Assembly (NCBI GenBank): GCA_963756875.1
Contig: CAVWPA010000003.1
Span: 992,001 to 1,056,000, forward strand
Origin: an uncultured Verrucomicrobiae bacterium
Lineage (GTDB): Bacteria > Verrucomicrobiota > Verrucomicrobiia > Chthoniobacterales > UBA10450
Direction of reading: 5' to 3'
DNA: 64,000 nucleotides
Positions 50,262 through 60,564 of the stretch are shown piece after piece. The position numbers were made by a program, and so were the translations under genes. The notes beneath the pieces are model-generated. The model was not told the DNA's origin and searched no databases. It saw only the letters and a list, made by a program, of their open reading frames with translations. Each line of letters opens with the position of its first letter. Within the stretch, counting starts at the first letter, position 1.

Positions 50262-50711
50262 TCAAAACTTGGAGAGTTTTGCGCGTTGCGATTCGACGAA
50301 CTCGGCGCGGTCCACGGAAAGCGGTTCGTTCAAGACTTTCCCCAGTTCCTGCGACAAAACGATGGCAATGGCGCGCGCGTCACGCGTGTAAACCGGAATG
50401 GGAAACGAGCCGGCATTTCGATCGTAGCCGTAAATCGTTCCATCTGTTTCCCAAACGCAGTAGGCATGTCCTGCGGGGTGGCCGCTGTAGCGAACGAGGA
50501 GAATCTTCGCCCAAAAATTCTTGTCTAAAGCGTGCTGGGTTTCGACGGAAGCGAGATAGTTGCAGGCGGAGATGACGCAGCCATTGAGGACGACCAGGTC
50601 GTCTTCGCCCGGGGTTAGGACAACGGCCTGCTGCTGTCGGCAACTGAGGGTAACGAGGGCCAAAAGGATGGCCGAGTGATAGGCAATTTTACTGATCAGA
50701 CGGGGATTCAT
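50262..50711 (-). CDS. Putative lipoprotein
   Basis: Lipobox-like LVTLSC; GHAYCVWE...YGYD. Confidence 0.7.
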   Translation of the reverse strand: MNPRLISKIAYHSAILLALVTLSCRQQQAVVLTPGEDDLVVLNGCVISACNYLASVETQHALDKNFWAKILLVRYSGHPAGHAYCVWETDGTIYGYDRNAGSFPIPVYTRDARAIAIVLSQELGKVLNEPLSVDRAEFVESQRAKLSKF

Positions 50712-51086
50712 AAAAAGAGAAAGAGCGGAAAGCCAAAGCCGTGTATTTATAGAACCTATAGATTTTATAACATCCAAGCGGGCAGTTTGTGAAGCTTTAT
50801 TTTTACATGGCGCAGAAATTATTTGCCCGCTTTTTTTTCGCTAAACTCAGCCCAAGGCGTCCACCCTGTGCGCCCCTGCCGTAGGAGATGCCTTTTCCCG
50901 AAACAGGTGCCTGTTTCGAGGAGTTGAAAAGTCATCTCATAAATAGAGATTGGCCGCGCAAGAACAATTTAGGGCAGATGGTCCGGCAGGACCTGGAAAA
51001 GAAGATCGCCCAAAAACAAAAGGAGCTTGAAGGGCGCTAGTCGCCTTTGGCCTTTCGACAATCCGCAAGGTAAGACGCCGCATTAC

Positions 51087-51442
51087 TGGAGGCGAGGGGA
51101 GTTGAACCCCTGTCCTCGTCGCTTTCCGCGCAAACATCTACACGCTTATCCGGTGAGAGGTTTTAAGGAGCCAAACGTTGCACCGGCACACTGCCGGCTC
51201 CCGAGCGTCCGCGAAATCGATTCACGGACCGGCGCGGTCGCTCCGCCAATCCGCCAGCCTGCTGTCCACGTTTGCCGCCGTAGCAGGCGTTCGACTGCAA
51301 ACGTCACGGTCAATTAAGCCGCGAGAGCGAGATCTTCGTGATCTGCGTTTATTTGTTTTGGTTCGGTTTTTTACGAGGCCAACGAACCATCCTCGGCATG
51401 CCGCCTGCGCTTCCAACCACAAGTCGAAGCCAGTGCGCCCCC
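51087..51442 (-). ncRNA. ssrA: tmRNA
   Basis: 5' GGGGGCGCACTGGCTTCGAC, 3' GGGGTTCAACTCCCCTCGCCTCCA; tag ORF ADHEDLALAA* at 51346-51314. Confidence 0.95.
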
Positions 51443-51552
51443 TTTGGGCTTCCAAAATACGGCAGCGGCGCGGGAAGAGCAAATTTCTCCCCTGTAAAAC
51501 GGAGCGCAAACGGCTAGTTTCCTGGTAATCGCTGCGGAACCCGCAAGTTATA

Positions 51553-52644
51553 ATGCAAACGTTCATCGACGATCTGCCGGGTGAAGGCAGGACGGCGTTT
51601 ATTGGAAAGTCATCTCCTGGTTCTCGATTTCTTCCTCGCTGGTCGATCTTTGCGGTGTCGCTGTCGCTGGTCGTTCTGATTGGCTACATCGATTTCGAGA
51701 CAGGGTATGAACGCTCTCTCTCGCTTTTTTATCTTTTACCGATCTCTCTGGCCACCTGGCTCGGCGGGCTCGTGTTTGGTTTGTTCATGGGGCTGCTCAG
51801 CGTGGTGATTTGGAGTTTGTCCGACATCGCCGCCGGGGTCCCGGGAGTGCGGATCTGGAACGGGGGTATGGCGCTCACCTCCTACGCAGCATTCACAATT
51901 GTTCTTTGGAGATTGCGCACGGTGCTGGATGAATTGGACCGGCGCGTACGCGAGCGCACGGCCGCGCTGCAACGGGAAATCGCGGAGCGCGAGCGCCTCG
52001 ATCAGGAAATCGCAGGAGTGGCGGACCGCGAGCGCCGCCGTCTCGGTCAAAATCTGCACGATAGCCTCGGCCAGCATCTTACCGGAACTGCTCTGGCGGC
52101 CCAGGTGCTGCGCGAGAAACTGGCGGCTCGATCGGCCCCGGAAGTTGCCGATGCGGACAAGATCGTTCGTTACATCGAGGATGGGATCGATGTCACGCGC
52201 AACCTGGCCCGCGGTTTTTTTTCGCCGGAGTTGGATGCCGATGGATTGAGTGTAGCGTTACAGGGCCTGGCTGAAAATATAACTGAACGATTTGGAGTCA
52301 TTTGTGTCTTTGATGGGGATGACGGTGTTCGGGTGCCCGATGCAACTACGGCGACGCAGCTTTATCATATTGCTCAGGAAGCCACGATGAACGCCGTCAA
52401 GCACGCCGAAGCGCGCAAGGTCGATATTCACCTCGGAGAGAATGGAGGTAAACTGGAGTTAAGCGTCGCCGATGACGGGGTGGGATTTCCTCAAAAGCTG
52501 CCACAACCACCGGGTTTGGGCCTGCGCCTCATGGCGCATGGCGCAGCGTTGATCGGGGCAAAATTTGCGGTTGATCGCAACCAAAATGGCGGAACCACTG
52601 TTACATGTAAGGTAACGCTTCCAACAGAGAAGCAATCGGACTGA
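51553..52644 (+). CDS. Sensor histidine kinase (HisKA_3 type)
   Basis: TM region, ERRRLGQNLHDSLGQ, IAQEATMNAVKH, DDGVGF, GLGL. Confidence 0.92.
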   Translation: MQTFIDDLPGEGRTAFIGKSSPGSRFLPRWSIFAVSLSLVVLIGYIDFETGYERSLSLFYLLPISLATWLGGLVFGLFMGLLSVVIWSLSDIAAGVPGVRIWNGGMALTSYAAFTIVLWRLRTVLDELDRRVRERTAALQREIAERERLDQEIAGVADRERRRLGQNLHDSLGQHLTGTALAAQVLREKLAARSAPEVADADKIVRYIEDGIDVTRNLARGFFSPELDADGLSVALQGLAENITERFGVICVFDGDDGVRVPDATTATQLYHIAQEATMNAVKHAEARKVDIHLGENGGKLELSVADDGVGFPQKLPQPPGLGLRLMAHGAALIGAKFAVDRNQNGGTTVTCKVTLPTEKQSD

Positions 52645-52649
52645 TTTCT

Positions 52650-53330
52650 ATGAGCACAAAAACATCCAGCGAAAATGGCCGTAAGCACCGGGTATTTCTT
52701 GTCGATGATCATCCCCTGGTGCGAGAAGGGCTCGCTAACTTGATCAATCAGCAGGGGGATTTGACCGTGTGCGGCGAAGCGGAGGATTCGGCTGAAGCGG
52801 TTGCGGGCATCGCCAAGACGCAGCCGGCGGTCGCGCTCATTGACATATCGCTCAAGAACGAATCGGGCCTGGAGTTGCTCAAGAACCTGGAGGGCCGCTT
52901 CCCAAATGTCGCACTCATTGTTCTGTCGATGCACGATGAAGCGCTGTATGCGGAGCGTGCGCTGCGTGCCGGAGCGCGTGGTTACGTAATGAAGCGCGAG
53001 ACAACGAAGAGCGTTGTTACCGCCATTCACCGTGTCCTGGCAGGCGATGTTTATGTCAGCGAAAGGGTGGTTAGTGCGATGGCCCGCCGGATGGGATCGC
53101 GCAAAACGGCAGCCAGCTCCCCGGTGGAAAGATTAAGCGATCGCGAGCTGGAAATTTTCCGCCTGCTTGGCCAGGGACGTACCACCTCGCAGATCGCCGA
53201 TGATCTGCGTCTCAGCCTGAAGACCGTGCAAGCGTATTGCGCGCGCGCGAAAGAAAAATTCGGGGTGAGTTCGTTGACCGAGCTGCTTCGAGCGGCCATT
53301 CGCTGGGAGGACGCGATGCACGTGAAGTAG
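52650..53330 (+). CDS. NarL/LuxR family response regulator
   Basis: VDDHPLVREG, DISL, LSDRELEIF HTH. Confidence 0.93.
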   Translation: MSTKTSSENGRKHRVFLVDDHPLVREGLANLINQQGDLTVCGEAEDSAEAVAGIAKTQPAVALIDISLKNESGLELLKNLEGRFPNVALIVLSMHDEALYAERALRAGARGYVMKRETTKSVVTAIHRVLAGDVYVSERVVSAMARRMGSRKTAASSPVERLSDRELEIFRLLGQGRTTSQIADDLRLSLKTVQAYCARAKEKFGVSSLTELLRAAIRWEDAMHVK

Positions 53331-53412
53331 GGCGTCCGGGTAGCTGTAGTTTTTTCGACATTGGCGTCGGTTCGTCGGCTCGACAGAGTCTCGCCCCACC
53401 AGAGTTTTGCTC

Positions 53413-54252
53413 TTATTTTTCGTAGCCGAGCTGAGTCAGGACCGGGTAGCGGGAAGAAAGCGCGCGCGCGCTTTCTTCGGGAATGTCGCGCCAAGGCGAC
53501 AGGATCGCCGGCCTGATGCTGGCAGCCGCGCGGGCCAGCTGCGTTGCTGAGAAACGGAGCCCGCAGAAATCCGCGAGCTCCCTCAATTCCCCGGAGGGGT
53601 CTGCCTGGATTTCTTCGAAACGAATGCACCGATAATTCCGCGCACGAACAGCCAGGCGTTTTCCGGCTTCAATGTACAGGAGAACGAGCCGCAGGCAGTA
53701 GTCGAGATCGTCAAGTTCCGGTTTTGGCGGATCGCCGGCGGCGCGAAAAGCGAGTTCGCGTTGCCGAATACTCATGGCGGCTGCAAGCGGATGGCGAATG
53801 ATGTGGATGATGCGCGCCTCGGGAAAAAGTTCGAGCCACGATGGAGCGAAAAGAGTGGTGCGCGGCTCTTTCCAACCCCATGGGGCTCCGAGCGTCATTC
53901 GCGTCAGGAGCCAGAGCCCTCTCAGATTCTTTCGATAACCGAAAACGCGCGCAAAACGGTGGCGCAAGCCTTGTTTCAAATATTCGATGCAACGCTGCTC
54001 GGCCTCCGGCTTTCGCACGGAGTCGAGAAAGGGGATCGGATGGTACCAGGTTGCGTCGCAACGCCGGAGGTATTCATCGTGCAATGCTCGAACTCCTTTC
54101 GGCTCCCGGTGACTGTCGAGACGCTGGCCGATCTGAAGTCCAAGAAGCTCAAGGGCGTGGGCCGCCGCAGTCGTTCCCGATCGATGCGCTCCCACGATAA
54201 TGACGGGCGGGCGGCCGCGTCGTTGTTTCCCGGACGGTGTGAGCGTGCGCAT
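53413..54252 (-). CDS. Sulfotransferase family protein
   Basis: GAHRSGTT PAPS loop, WGWKEPRT, IRHP. Confidence 0.85.
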   Translation of the reverse strand: MRTLTPSGKQRRGRPPVIIVGAHRSGTTAAAHALELLGLQIGQRLDSHREPKGVRALHDEYLRRCDATWYHPIPFLDSVRKPEAEQRCIEYLKQGLRHRFARVFGYRKNLRGLWLLTRMTLGAPWGWKEPRTTLFAPSWLELFPEARIIHIIRHPLAAAMSIRQRELAFRAAGDPPKPELDDLDYCLRLVLLYIEAGKRLAVRARNYRCIRFEEIQADPSGELRELADFCGLRFSATQLARAAASIRPAILSPWRDIPEESARALSSRYPVLTQLGYEK

Positions 54253-54265
54253 CGGGCTTGCCGCT

Positions 54266-55261
54266 TCAGGTGGCCGTTACTTCGCGCAGAAGGTCGACGT
54301 ATTCGTGTGCAAAGCGCTCGAGAGAATACCTTCGTTCCACCAGTTCTCTGCCGCGTAGTCCGAAATCCCGTCGCAACTTCGCGTCTTCGGCCAAAGCGCT
54401 GATGCTCTTCACCCAGTCGTCTTCGGTCCGGGCGATGAATCCATTTTCACCGGATGCAATGATCTGACTGTTGACGCCAACGCCCGACGCGACGGCGGGG
54501 GTACCGACTCCCATGTATTGGAGAATTTTGTAGCCGCACTTGCCACGAGTCCAAACCGAGTCCCACAGCGGCATAATGCCGATGTCGAAGCTGGCCAGAT
54601 TGGACTGCTCGGTTTCAAGCCGCCACGGTTCGTTCTCTACGATCACTCCGTCGAGTTGAAGCGGCTTATCGGACACAACTTTCAGCTTCAGGATTGGAAA
54701 ACTTTGGCTGAGCCGTCGCAGCGCCGGTTGAATGTGGCGCAAATAAGGCAGACCATCGCTCAACCCCATCCAGCCAATCGTCAGCCCGGGGCCCTCCGCA
54801 TGTTGTTTCAGCCGGTAGCTGCTGAGATCGATGGGCGTCGGCAGGACCACGGTCCGTTTTCCACACGCCTCCGCGAACCTCGCCAGGAAATCGTTGCCCG
54901 CCACCGCGGCAGCGCAATGTTTCAATGTCCTGAGAAATTTTCGGAAATCTTCGTCGCGCAACGGGCGCCGGTATTTTTGTTCGCGAAACATGACTGCATC
55001 GTCGAAATCGAAAATAATTCTCGGGTTTGCGCGTTGAAGGAGGCGCAGCTCGAATTCAGCAAAACCGATTGTCTTGAAAAGGACGACGGCATCGTGGCGT
55101 CCGGCCTCTCGAATCACTCGAAGCCGTTCCTTCAGGCTGGAGCGTCGCGCCGATAGCACCGTCGCCTCGACGCCGAGCTGCGAGTAATGCGTGAGGCAAT
55201 CTCGCAGCCGCAACCGCGTGCTTGGCGCATTACCATGCTCTAGAACGCAGAGGATCTTCAT
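54266..55261 (-). CDS. Glycosyltransferase family 4
   Basis: FDFDDA, DIGIMPL, GKCGYKILQYM, AS.VGVN. Confidence 0.88.
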   Translation of the reverse strand: MKILCVLEHGNAPSTRLRLRDCLTHYSQLGVEATVLSARRSSLKERLRVIREAGRHDAVVLFKTIGFAEFELRLLQRANPRIIFDFDDAVMFREQKYRRPLRDEDFRKFLRTLKHCAAAVAGNDFLARFAEACGKRTVVLPTPIDLSSYRLKQHAEGPGLTIGWMGLSDGLPYLRHIQPALRRLSQSFPILKLKVVSDKPLQLDGVIVENEPWRLETEQSNLASFDIGIMPLWDSVWTRGKCGYKILQYMGVGTPAVASGVGVNSQIIASGENGFIARTEDDWVKSISALAEDAKLRRDFGLRGRELVERRYSLERFAHEYVDLLREVTAT

Positions 55262-55332
55262 GGAATATCGGCAGGGTTGAATCGATTTCGAGCTATTGAC
55301 CCATTATTCGACAAAGCGCAATCGCGTGTTCC

Positions 55333-56106
55333 TTAGCGCCTTCCCGTTCCCCAGCGCCGATGGAGAAAACGTTCCCATGGCGAGAATAGAATTTTGTCCG
55401 CAAGCAGACCAATCAAAACGATGACCAGCATGATGCCGATCACCTGGTCCATCGCATTTAATTCCCGGCCATAATGGAGCAGATGTCCGAGACCGAATCC
55501 GGTCAGAATTGTCACAAAGATTTCCGCTGCCATTAACGAGCGCCAGGCAAATGCCCAGCCCTGCTTCATTCCGCTGACCAGGTACGGCAGCGATGCCGGC
55601 AGAACCACGCGCGTCCATCTGTGAAAGAGGTTTGAACCCATCGTGCGCGCCGCGCGGGCGTAGATGGGCGGGATCGTGCGCACGCCGGTATCGGTGGCGA
55701 TTATTACCGACCAGACGGTCCCCATGATTACGACGAACAACATGGCTCCCTCAGTTTGTCCGAACCAAAGCAGCGCCAGTGGCACCCAACAGACGCTTGG
55801 TAATGTTTGCAGGCCGAGAGCGAGCACACCGATTGTGTCTTCCACGAATTTCGACGACGCGGTCAAAAGTCCGAGCGGCAAGCCGACGGTCAGGCCAATA
55901 AAATATCCGAGAAGCAACCGGCGCAGCGTGACTGCCGTCGCTTGCAGCAGAGTGCCGTCGCGAATCGCGCCGATGAGATATTCGCCTACGCTGCGCGGGG
56001 AAGGCAGCAGGATCGGCGACCAGATTTTCGCGTGAACAATTGCCGCCCAAATCAGGGCTAATCCAACGAAGAACGAGACCGCCATGAGAGTTCTCCTCAT
56101 AAGCAT
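55333..56106 (-). CDS. Nitrate/sulfonate-type ABC permease
   Basis: LQTLPSVCWVP, AARTMG, WRSLMAAE. Confidence 0.9.
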   Translation of the reverse strand: MLMRRTLMAVSFFVGLALIWAAIVHAKIWSPILLPSPRSVGEYLIGAIRDGTLLQATAVTLRRLLLGYFIGLTVGLPLGLLTASSKFVEDTIGVLALGLQTLPSVCWVPLALLWFGQTEGAMLFVVIMGTVWSVIIATDTGVRTIPPIYARAARTMGSNLFHRWTRVVLPASLPYLVSGMKQGWAFAWRSLMAAEIFVTILTGFGLGHLLHYGRELNAMDQVIGIMLVIVLIGLLADKILFSPWERFLHRRWGTGRR

Positions 56107-56197
56107 GTCATCTCGAGTGAAACGAGAGATCTCGCAGTCGGACGCTTCTTGTGTCTTAACTTCGCTGGCGTTTTCAATTCAGTCTGTGTGAGATCCG

Positions 56198-57031
56198 TCA
56201 TTTCGTTCCGGATGATGTTACGGGTTGAGCACTTGTCGCAGCAGGGCCGGCCTGGCCTCTCAGCACCGCCGTCAGTTTGGATGCGTGTTGCGCGATTTCG
56301 ATGCTGTTAAACTCCCGTGGGCGCGGGAGTTTGACGTCAAAAATCTCGCGGATGCGACCCGGCGTGGGCGACATGACGACGACGCGATCGGCCAGACACG
56401 CCGCTTCGCGCACATTGTGCGTGACGAACACAATGGTTTTACGACGCTCCTGCCAGATGCGCTGGATGTCGCGGTAAAGTTGTTCGCGCGTCATGGCATC
56501 GAGCGCGGCGAAAGGCTCGTCCATCAATAATACGCGCGGGTTTGGGGCCAGCGCGCGCGCCAGGGCGACTCGTTGTTTCATCCCTCCCGAGAGTTCGTGC
56601 ACGTTGGCTTCCATGAATTTTTCGAGACCCACCAGGTGGATGAAAAACTTCGCGACCTCCCGTCGTTCTCGATTCGTTAGGCCAGGCTTTAACTTCAGTC
56701 CAAACATCACATTGCCAAAAACGTTGAGCCACGGGAATAGCGCGGAGTCCTGAAACATGACCAGACGGTGTCGCCCGGGATGAAGCACCGGCTGATTATC
56801 GGCCAGCACGCGGCCTTTATCCGGTTTTTCAAGGCCCGCGATGATGTCCAGTAACGTTGATTTTCCGCAACCGCTCGGCCCGACCATGACAATGAATTCG
56901 CCTTCGGCCACTTCAAGCGAAACATCGTCCAGCGCGTGAACCAGTTGGCGCTTTTGGTGAAACCACTTGGAGACGTGGTCCACCACGAGTTTCGCGGGCG
57001 GCGCAGCGAGAAGTTCTTCCTGAAGCGACAT
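56198..57031 (-). CDS. Nitrate/sulfonate-type ABC ATP-binding protein
   Basis: GPSGCGKST, LFPWL, LSGGMKQR, DEPFAALD. Confidence 0.92.
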   Translation of the reverse strand: MSLQEELLAAPPAKLVVDHVSKWFHQKRQLVHALDDVSLEVAEGEFIVMVGPSGCGKSTLLDIIAGLEKPDKGRVLADNQPVLHPGRHRLVMFQDSALFPWLNVFGNVMFGLKLKPGLTNRERREVAKFFIHLVGLEKFMEANVHELSGGMKQRVALARALAPNPRVLLMDEPFAALDAMTREQLYRDIQRIWQERRKTIVFVTHNVREAACLADRVVVMSPTPGRIREIFDVKLPRPREFNSIEIAQHASKLTAVLRGQAGPAATSAQPVTSSGTK

Positions 57032-57993
57032 TAAAGATTCTCGATTAGACGTCCAAGGTCCGGAACATCGCGCAGGAAACCGGCCGCTTTTGCATTGGCC
57101 ACAAACTTGTCGAGCGCATCACGCCGCACCTCGTTCGTCGGCACGATTCTTTTCCACGCATGCGCGATCAGCTCGGCCGAGATCTGCACTCTGGTCTCAT
57201 CCCGAAGTTCGGCGATCACCAGTTTCTGTGCTTCGGCCGGGTTCTTCTCAATCCAATCGGTGAGCGCGCGATGCGCTTCCACGAATTTTTTCACCAGATC
57301 GCCCTTGTCTTTTAAAAACTTCACCGACGAGACGAGGAGAGTCGTGGGCGAATCCGGTTCTTCGACCAAAACCTTTCCACCAGCCTCCATCTCCAGGCGC
57401 GAAACCCACGGCTCGACCGTCCAGACGGCAGCGACCCGTTTCTGTTGAAAGAGGGCCAGTTGGTCCGCGTTTGCTGCAGGCAAAACCTGCGCGTCGCCGC
57501 CCAGCTGCGTGATCTTCAAACCGCCGGCAGTCAGCCACGCGCGGCACGAGACGTCCTGCGTATTTCCCAATTGCGGAGTCGCAATTCTCTTTCCGCGAAA
57601 ATCGCTCGCCGTTTTCAAATTGCTGCCGGATCGGACCACCAGTCCATCACCGCCGTTGAGCGCGCCCGAAACGATCCGGATCTCTTCAGCCCGCGACTTT
57701 GCATAGGCATTGATGGCGGGGCTGGGTCCCATGTAGGCGAGGTCGATCGAATCCGCAAAGATCGCTTCCGTCGCGCCGGGGCCGGCGTTGTAAACGAACC
57801 ACTCAATTTTTGTGCCGGCGCCGATGCGCTCCTCGAACCACCCTTTACCCTGGCGCGACAGCGCATGCGCCACCAGCGCTTGAACGTGGGTCACGTTTGG
57901 AAAATGTCCGACCCGAATTCTTGTTTCCGAACGAACGGGAAATGCGCCCGCCGCAATAAACAAGATCGAAACTGCCAGCCTGAAGGTTCTCAT
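57031..57993 (-). CDS. SsuA-like ABC substrate-binding protein
   Basis: GHFPNVTH, YMGPSPAIN, TPQLGNTQDV, VEPW. Confidence 0.88.
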   Translation of the reverse strand: MRTFRLAVSILFIAAGAFPVRSETRIRVGHFPNVTHVQALVAHALSRQGKGWFEERIGAGTKIEWFVYNAGPGATEAIFADSIDLAYMGPSPAINAYAKSRAEEIRIVSGALNGGDGLVVRSGSNLKTASDFRGKRIATPQLGNTQDVSCRAWLTAGGLKITQLGGDAQVLPAANADQLALFQQKRVAAVWTVEPWVSRLEMEAGGKVLVEEPDSPTTLLVSSVKFLKDKGDLVKKFVEAHRALTDWIEKNPAEAQKLVIAELRDETRVQISAELIAHAWKRIVPTNEVRRDALDKFVANAKAAGFLRDVPDLGRLIENL

Positions 57994-58045
57994 TCGCCAA
58001 GGCCGATCTTCGCAGAATCTGCGCGCAACAATCAACTCGCGATCA

Positions 58046-58156
58046 GTGGCATCGGCATCTTGCCGATAGTCCGAGCTGGACGGGCATTTCATTGGCTGGC
58101 CTCCTTCGTCTGGCAGCCGCCAGACTCCGGAGTGCCGCGCCGGAAGCCAATGCCAC
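58046..58156. repeat. GTGGCAT...ATGCCAC REP-like doublet with a nested insert
   Basis: Left arm ATCGGCATCTTGCCGAT; right arm CATTGGCTGG/AAGCCAATG interrupted by about 42 bp. Confidence 0.7.
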
Positions 58157-58161
58157 GACCC

Positions 58162-59050
58162 TTACTTCAGCGGACGGGCCACGAGAATTCCGGCGTCGCT
58201 TCGGAAGCGATAAAGATACTTCGAAAGTCGTGCATCCACGACGACACGTTCGTACTCTCTCTGGGAGGAAGCGTGCATGAGATGCAGCACGCCGTCCCTC
58301 GTGCGCAACGCGAGGCCAACGTGCGCGGTCGAATAAAGGCCGCGGCGGTCGCGCGAGATAATGCCGATAATGTCGCCGCTTTGCAGTTTCGACTCAATCC
58401 TGGGAACGTGGCTCTTGGGGATTTCGTAAAGCGGGCGGGACGAGACACGCGCTTCCATTTCGGCAAGCGGTCTCGAGCAGGGAGCGATTCGCCGCCAGAT
58501 AACGGTAATGCCGCCATCCCACCGACATTTCGCGCGCCAGGTGCGGCACGCGCCGGCCGCCGAGCTTGCGGGTCAGATCTTCAACCAGGCCGCGCCGGTC
58601 GTTGTCGTTAAGCCAGTCCTCCAGATAATGCAAACGCGAGAGATACTCGCCCGTGCAGACACCGTTGCGATAGCGGTCGATCTCGACGTAGTGCAACAAA
58701 GTTTGGGGCGTCCAGTTGGATTCCGGTTCGTCCAGCATCCGTGCAAACCCCAGCGAGATTTCGAAAAACGTCCAGCAATCCATCCCGGCGAAATTCACCG
58801 ATGGCGCCTCGATCCGGTTATCGATCTCGAGCGTAAAATGTTTGTAGCGGGTGCCGAGGAGTGCTTGCCCCACGGTGGCCGTTCGTTCGCCGATCGGCAA
58901 TGATCTCCAGTTGTTCTTTTTGGCCAGCGAGACCAGCCGATTGAATTGGCGCTCTCCTTTAAAGACTCTTTTAAACGGCAGGCGCGATTCGCCCGCCACT
59001 GCCATCGAGCAAATCAAAACCAATGGAACAACGATTCTTAAACTGCGCAT
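58162..59050 (-). CDS. DUF1460 (NlpC/P60-like amidase) protein, apparent frameshift near 58469
   Basis: DCWTFFE, RYRNG, RLHYLEDW; then GDII, HVGLA, MHASS in a second frame. Confidence 0.85.
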
Positions 59051-59144
59051 ACAGCGCAATGAAAGCCGAATTCGCGCTCAATCAACCGTAACTACTGTAG
59101 GCGCCGGCCTCATTTTGGCGGTCTCCGGGTCGCGTCTCGCAGAA

Positions 59145-59207
59145 TTGTAGGGCAAGCGCGTCGCTTGCCAGGGGCCAGGATCGGCAAGCGGAGCGCTTGC
59201 CCTGCAA
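59145..59207. repeat. REP-like doublet TTGTAGGGCAAGCG...CGCTTGCCCTGCAA
   Basis: Two GGCAAGCG/CGCTTGCC hairpins. Confidence 0.8.
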
Positions 59208-59238
59208 CGGCCCGCTTCGAATGCCGGTTAGTTCCAAA

Positions 59239-60240
59239 CTAGCGCTTGAACACGTCGTCGCGGAAAGAGTACGCGCGCGATTTCAAAAATTCGCGCGGCC
59301 GTTCGCCCCGGATCGGCTTTGTAAAATGGCGCAGTGCGCGTCGGCTTAGTTTTGGTTCGTAGCCAAATTCAGGCATCAAGTCGCGACAGTGCCATTCCAC
59401 CCAGCCAATTTCGTCTTCGCTCAGTTCTCGCGCCCATCGCGTCACAGGCTCGGTGCTGATTTCCGAAAAACGAACGCCGGCCGCCGAATTTCCCGCCCAT
59501 AACCGGCCGACTTTGGTTGGATTGAGCACAACGGCCGGATCGAAAGCGATTTCGAGATAATCGCAAACTCTCTGCATCCACGGCGACGGCTCGGCGGCCA
59601 GTTTTTCGTAGGGCACGACCAAACCGGGAAATTCACCGGAGTCGATCCGTTTGACGAGTCTGGCGGCGTCCCGCCAGTGTGCGATGACATAGTAAACCGA
59701 AAACCGTCCCGTTCGTCTGCTTCCTTCCAATCGGATTTGGGCGGCCAAAAGTGCACGCGGGTCGCGCATGGTCACGAGAAGTTTGGCATGCGGGAAACGG
59801 GCGAAGATTTCTGGAACGTAATTGCGGTTCGCCGGCGTCTTTTCGACCCAGCGCTTCACCCGATCGAGCGGGATCCCGATCACTCTGGCGTAGGATTCCA
59901 TCATCAAGGCGAGCAAATCTCGCTGCGTATTTTCCGGATCGAAGGCGACCTTTTCGAATGTCCGTAGAAATTCCTTTTTTGGAAAATCGGCGTAATCCTG
60001 GTTTCGCTTCCCGCCGTAACCGAACAGAACTCTCGACCACGAATGCTGGGTCAGGTACTCGAACTGCGCGCGGCGACCTTTGAGGCCGTACTTTGTCAGC
60101 GCAGTCGCGAAATAAGCCGTGTCTCTTGGCAGGACGAGAAGCTCGGGATGATTGTCGAGCAGCGCGACCAGCAATGTCGTTCCGGATTTCGCTTGTCCGG
60201 CGATGAAGCAGGCACGCTGATCAAACGGCAAATCGTGCAT
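59239..60240 (-). CDS. Sulfotransferase family protein
   Basis: FIAGQAKSGTTLL..LLDNHP, EKTP, RDPR, YEKL. Confidence 0.88.
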   Translation of the reverse strand: MHDLPFDQRACFIAGQAKSGTTLLVALLDNHPELLVLPRDTAYFATALTKYGLKGRRAQFEYLTQHSWSRVLFGYGGKRNQDYADFPKKEFLRTFEKVAFDPENTQRDLLALMMESYARVIGIPLDRVKRWVEKTPANRNYVPEIFARFPHAKLLVTMRDPRALLAAQIRLEGSRRTGRFSVYYVIAHWRDAARLVKRIDSGEFPGLVVPYEKLAAEPSPWMQRVCDYLEIAFDPAVVLNPTKVGRLWAGNSAAGVRFSEISTEPVTRWARELSEDEIGWVEWHCRDLMPEFGYEPKLSRRALRHFTKPIRGERPREFLKSRAYSFRDDVFKR

Positions 60241-60410
60241 GGGGATGCGAGTAATGGGGACGGCTTATCTTCGATACAAGAGGCAGGATTCCAAGTATGT
60301 AAACGAGGTGGAAGTGGCGTGCCACCGCTGTAGAGGCAGGCGTGTCACCTGCGAAGCAGTGGAAATTTGGGGATGCGGGTATTTTCGACCTGCCCGCCTT
60401 GCATTTAAGT

Positions 60411-60564
60411 GCCCTCACCTTGATCCTCTCGCAAACCCACTCCTTTACCCTCACTGGCGCGTCGTGTCCGTCTCTCCCGGTGGGAGAGAGGGAGAAGGAG
60501 GACCAGCCTTCGGTCGCCGCGGCGACCTACGGCTCGGCCGGCGCGAAGCGCCCAGGTGAGGGTG
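60411..60564. repeat. CCCTCACC composite palindromic element
   Basis: Inverted copy of 45267-45418. Confidence 0.9.

Noticed and set aside
50262..51087. Element integrated at the tmRNA 3' end
   Set aside because: No att duplication or integrase found.
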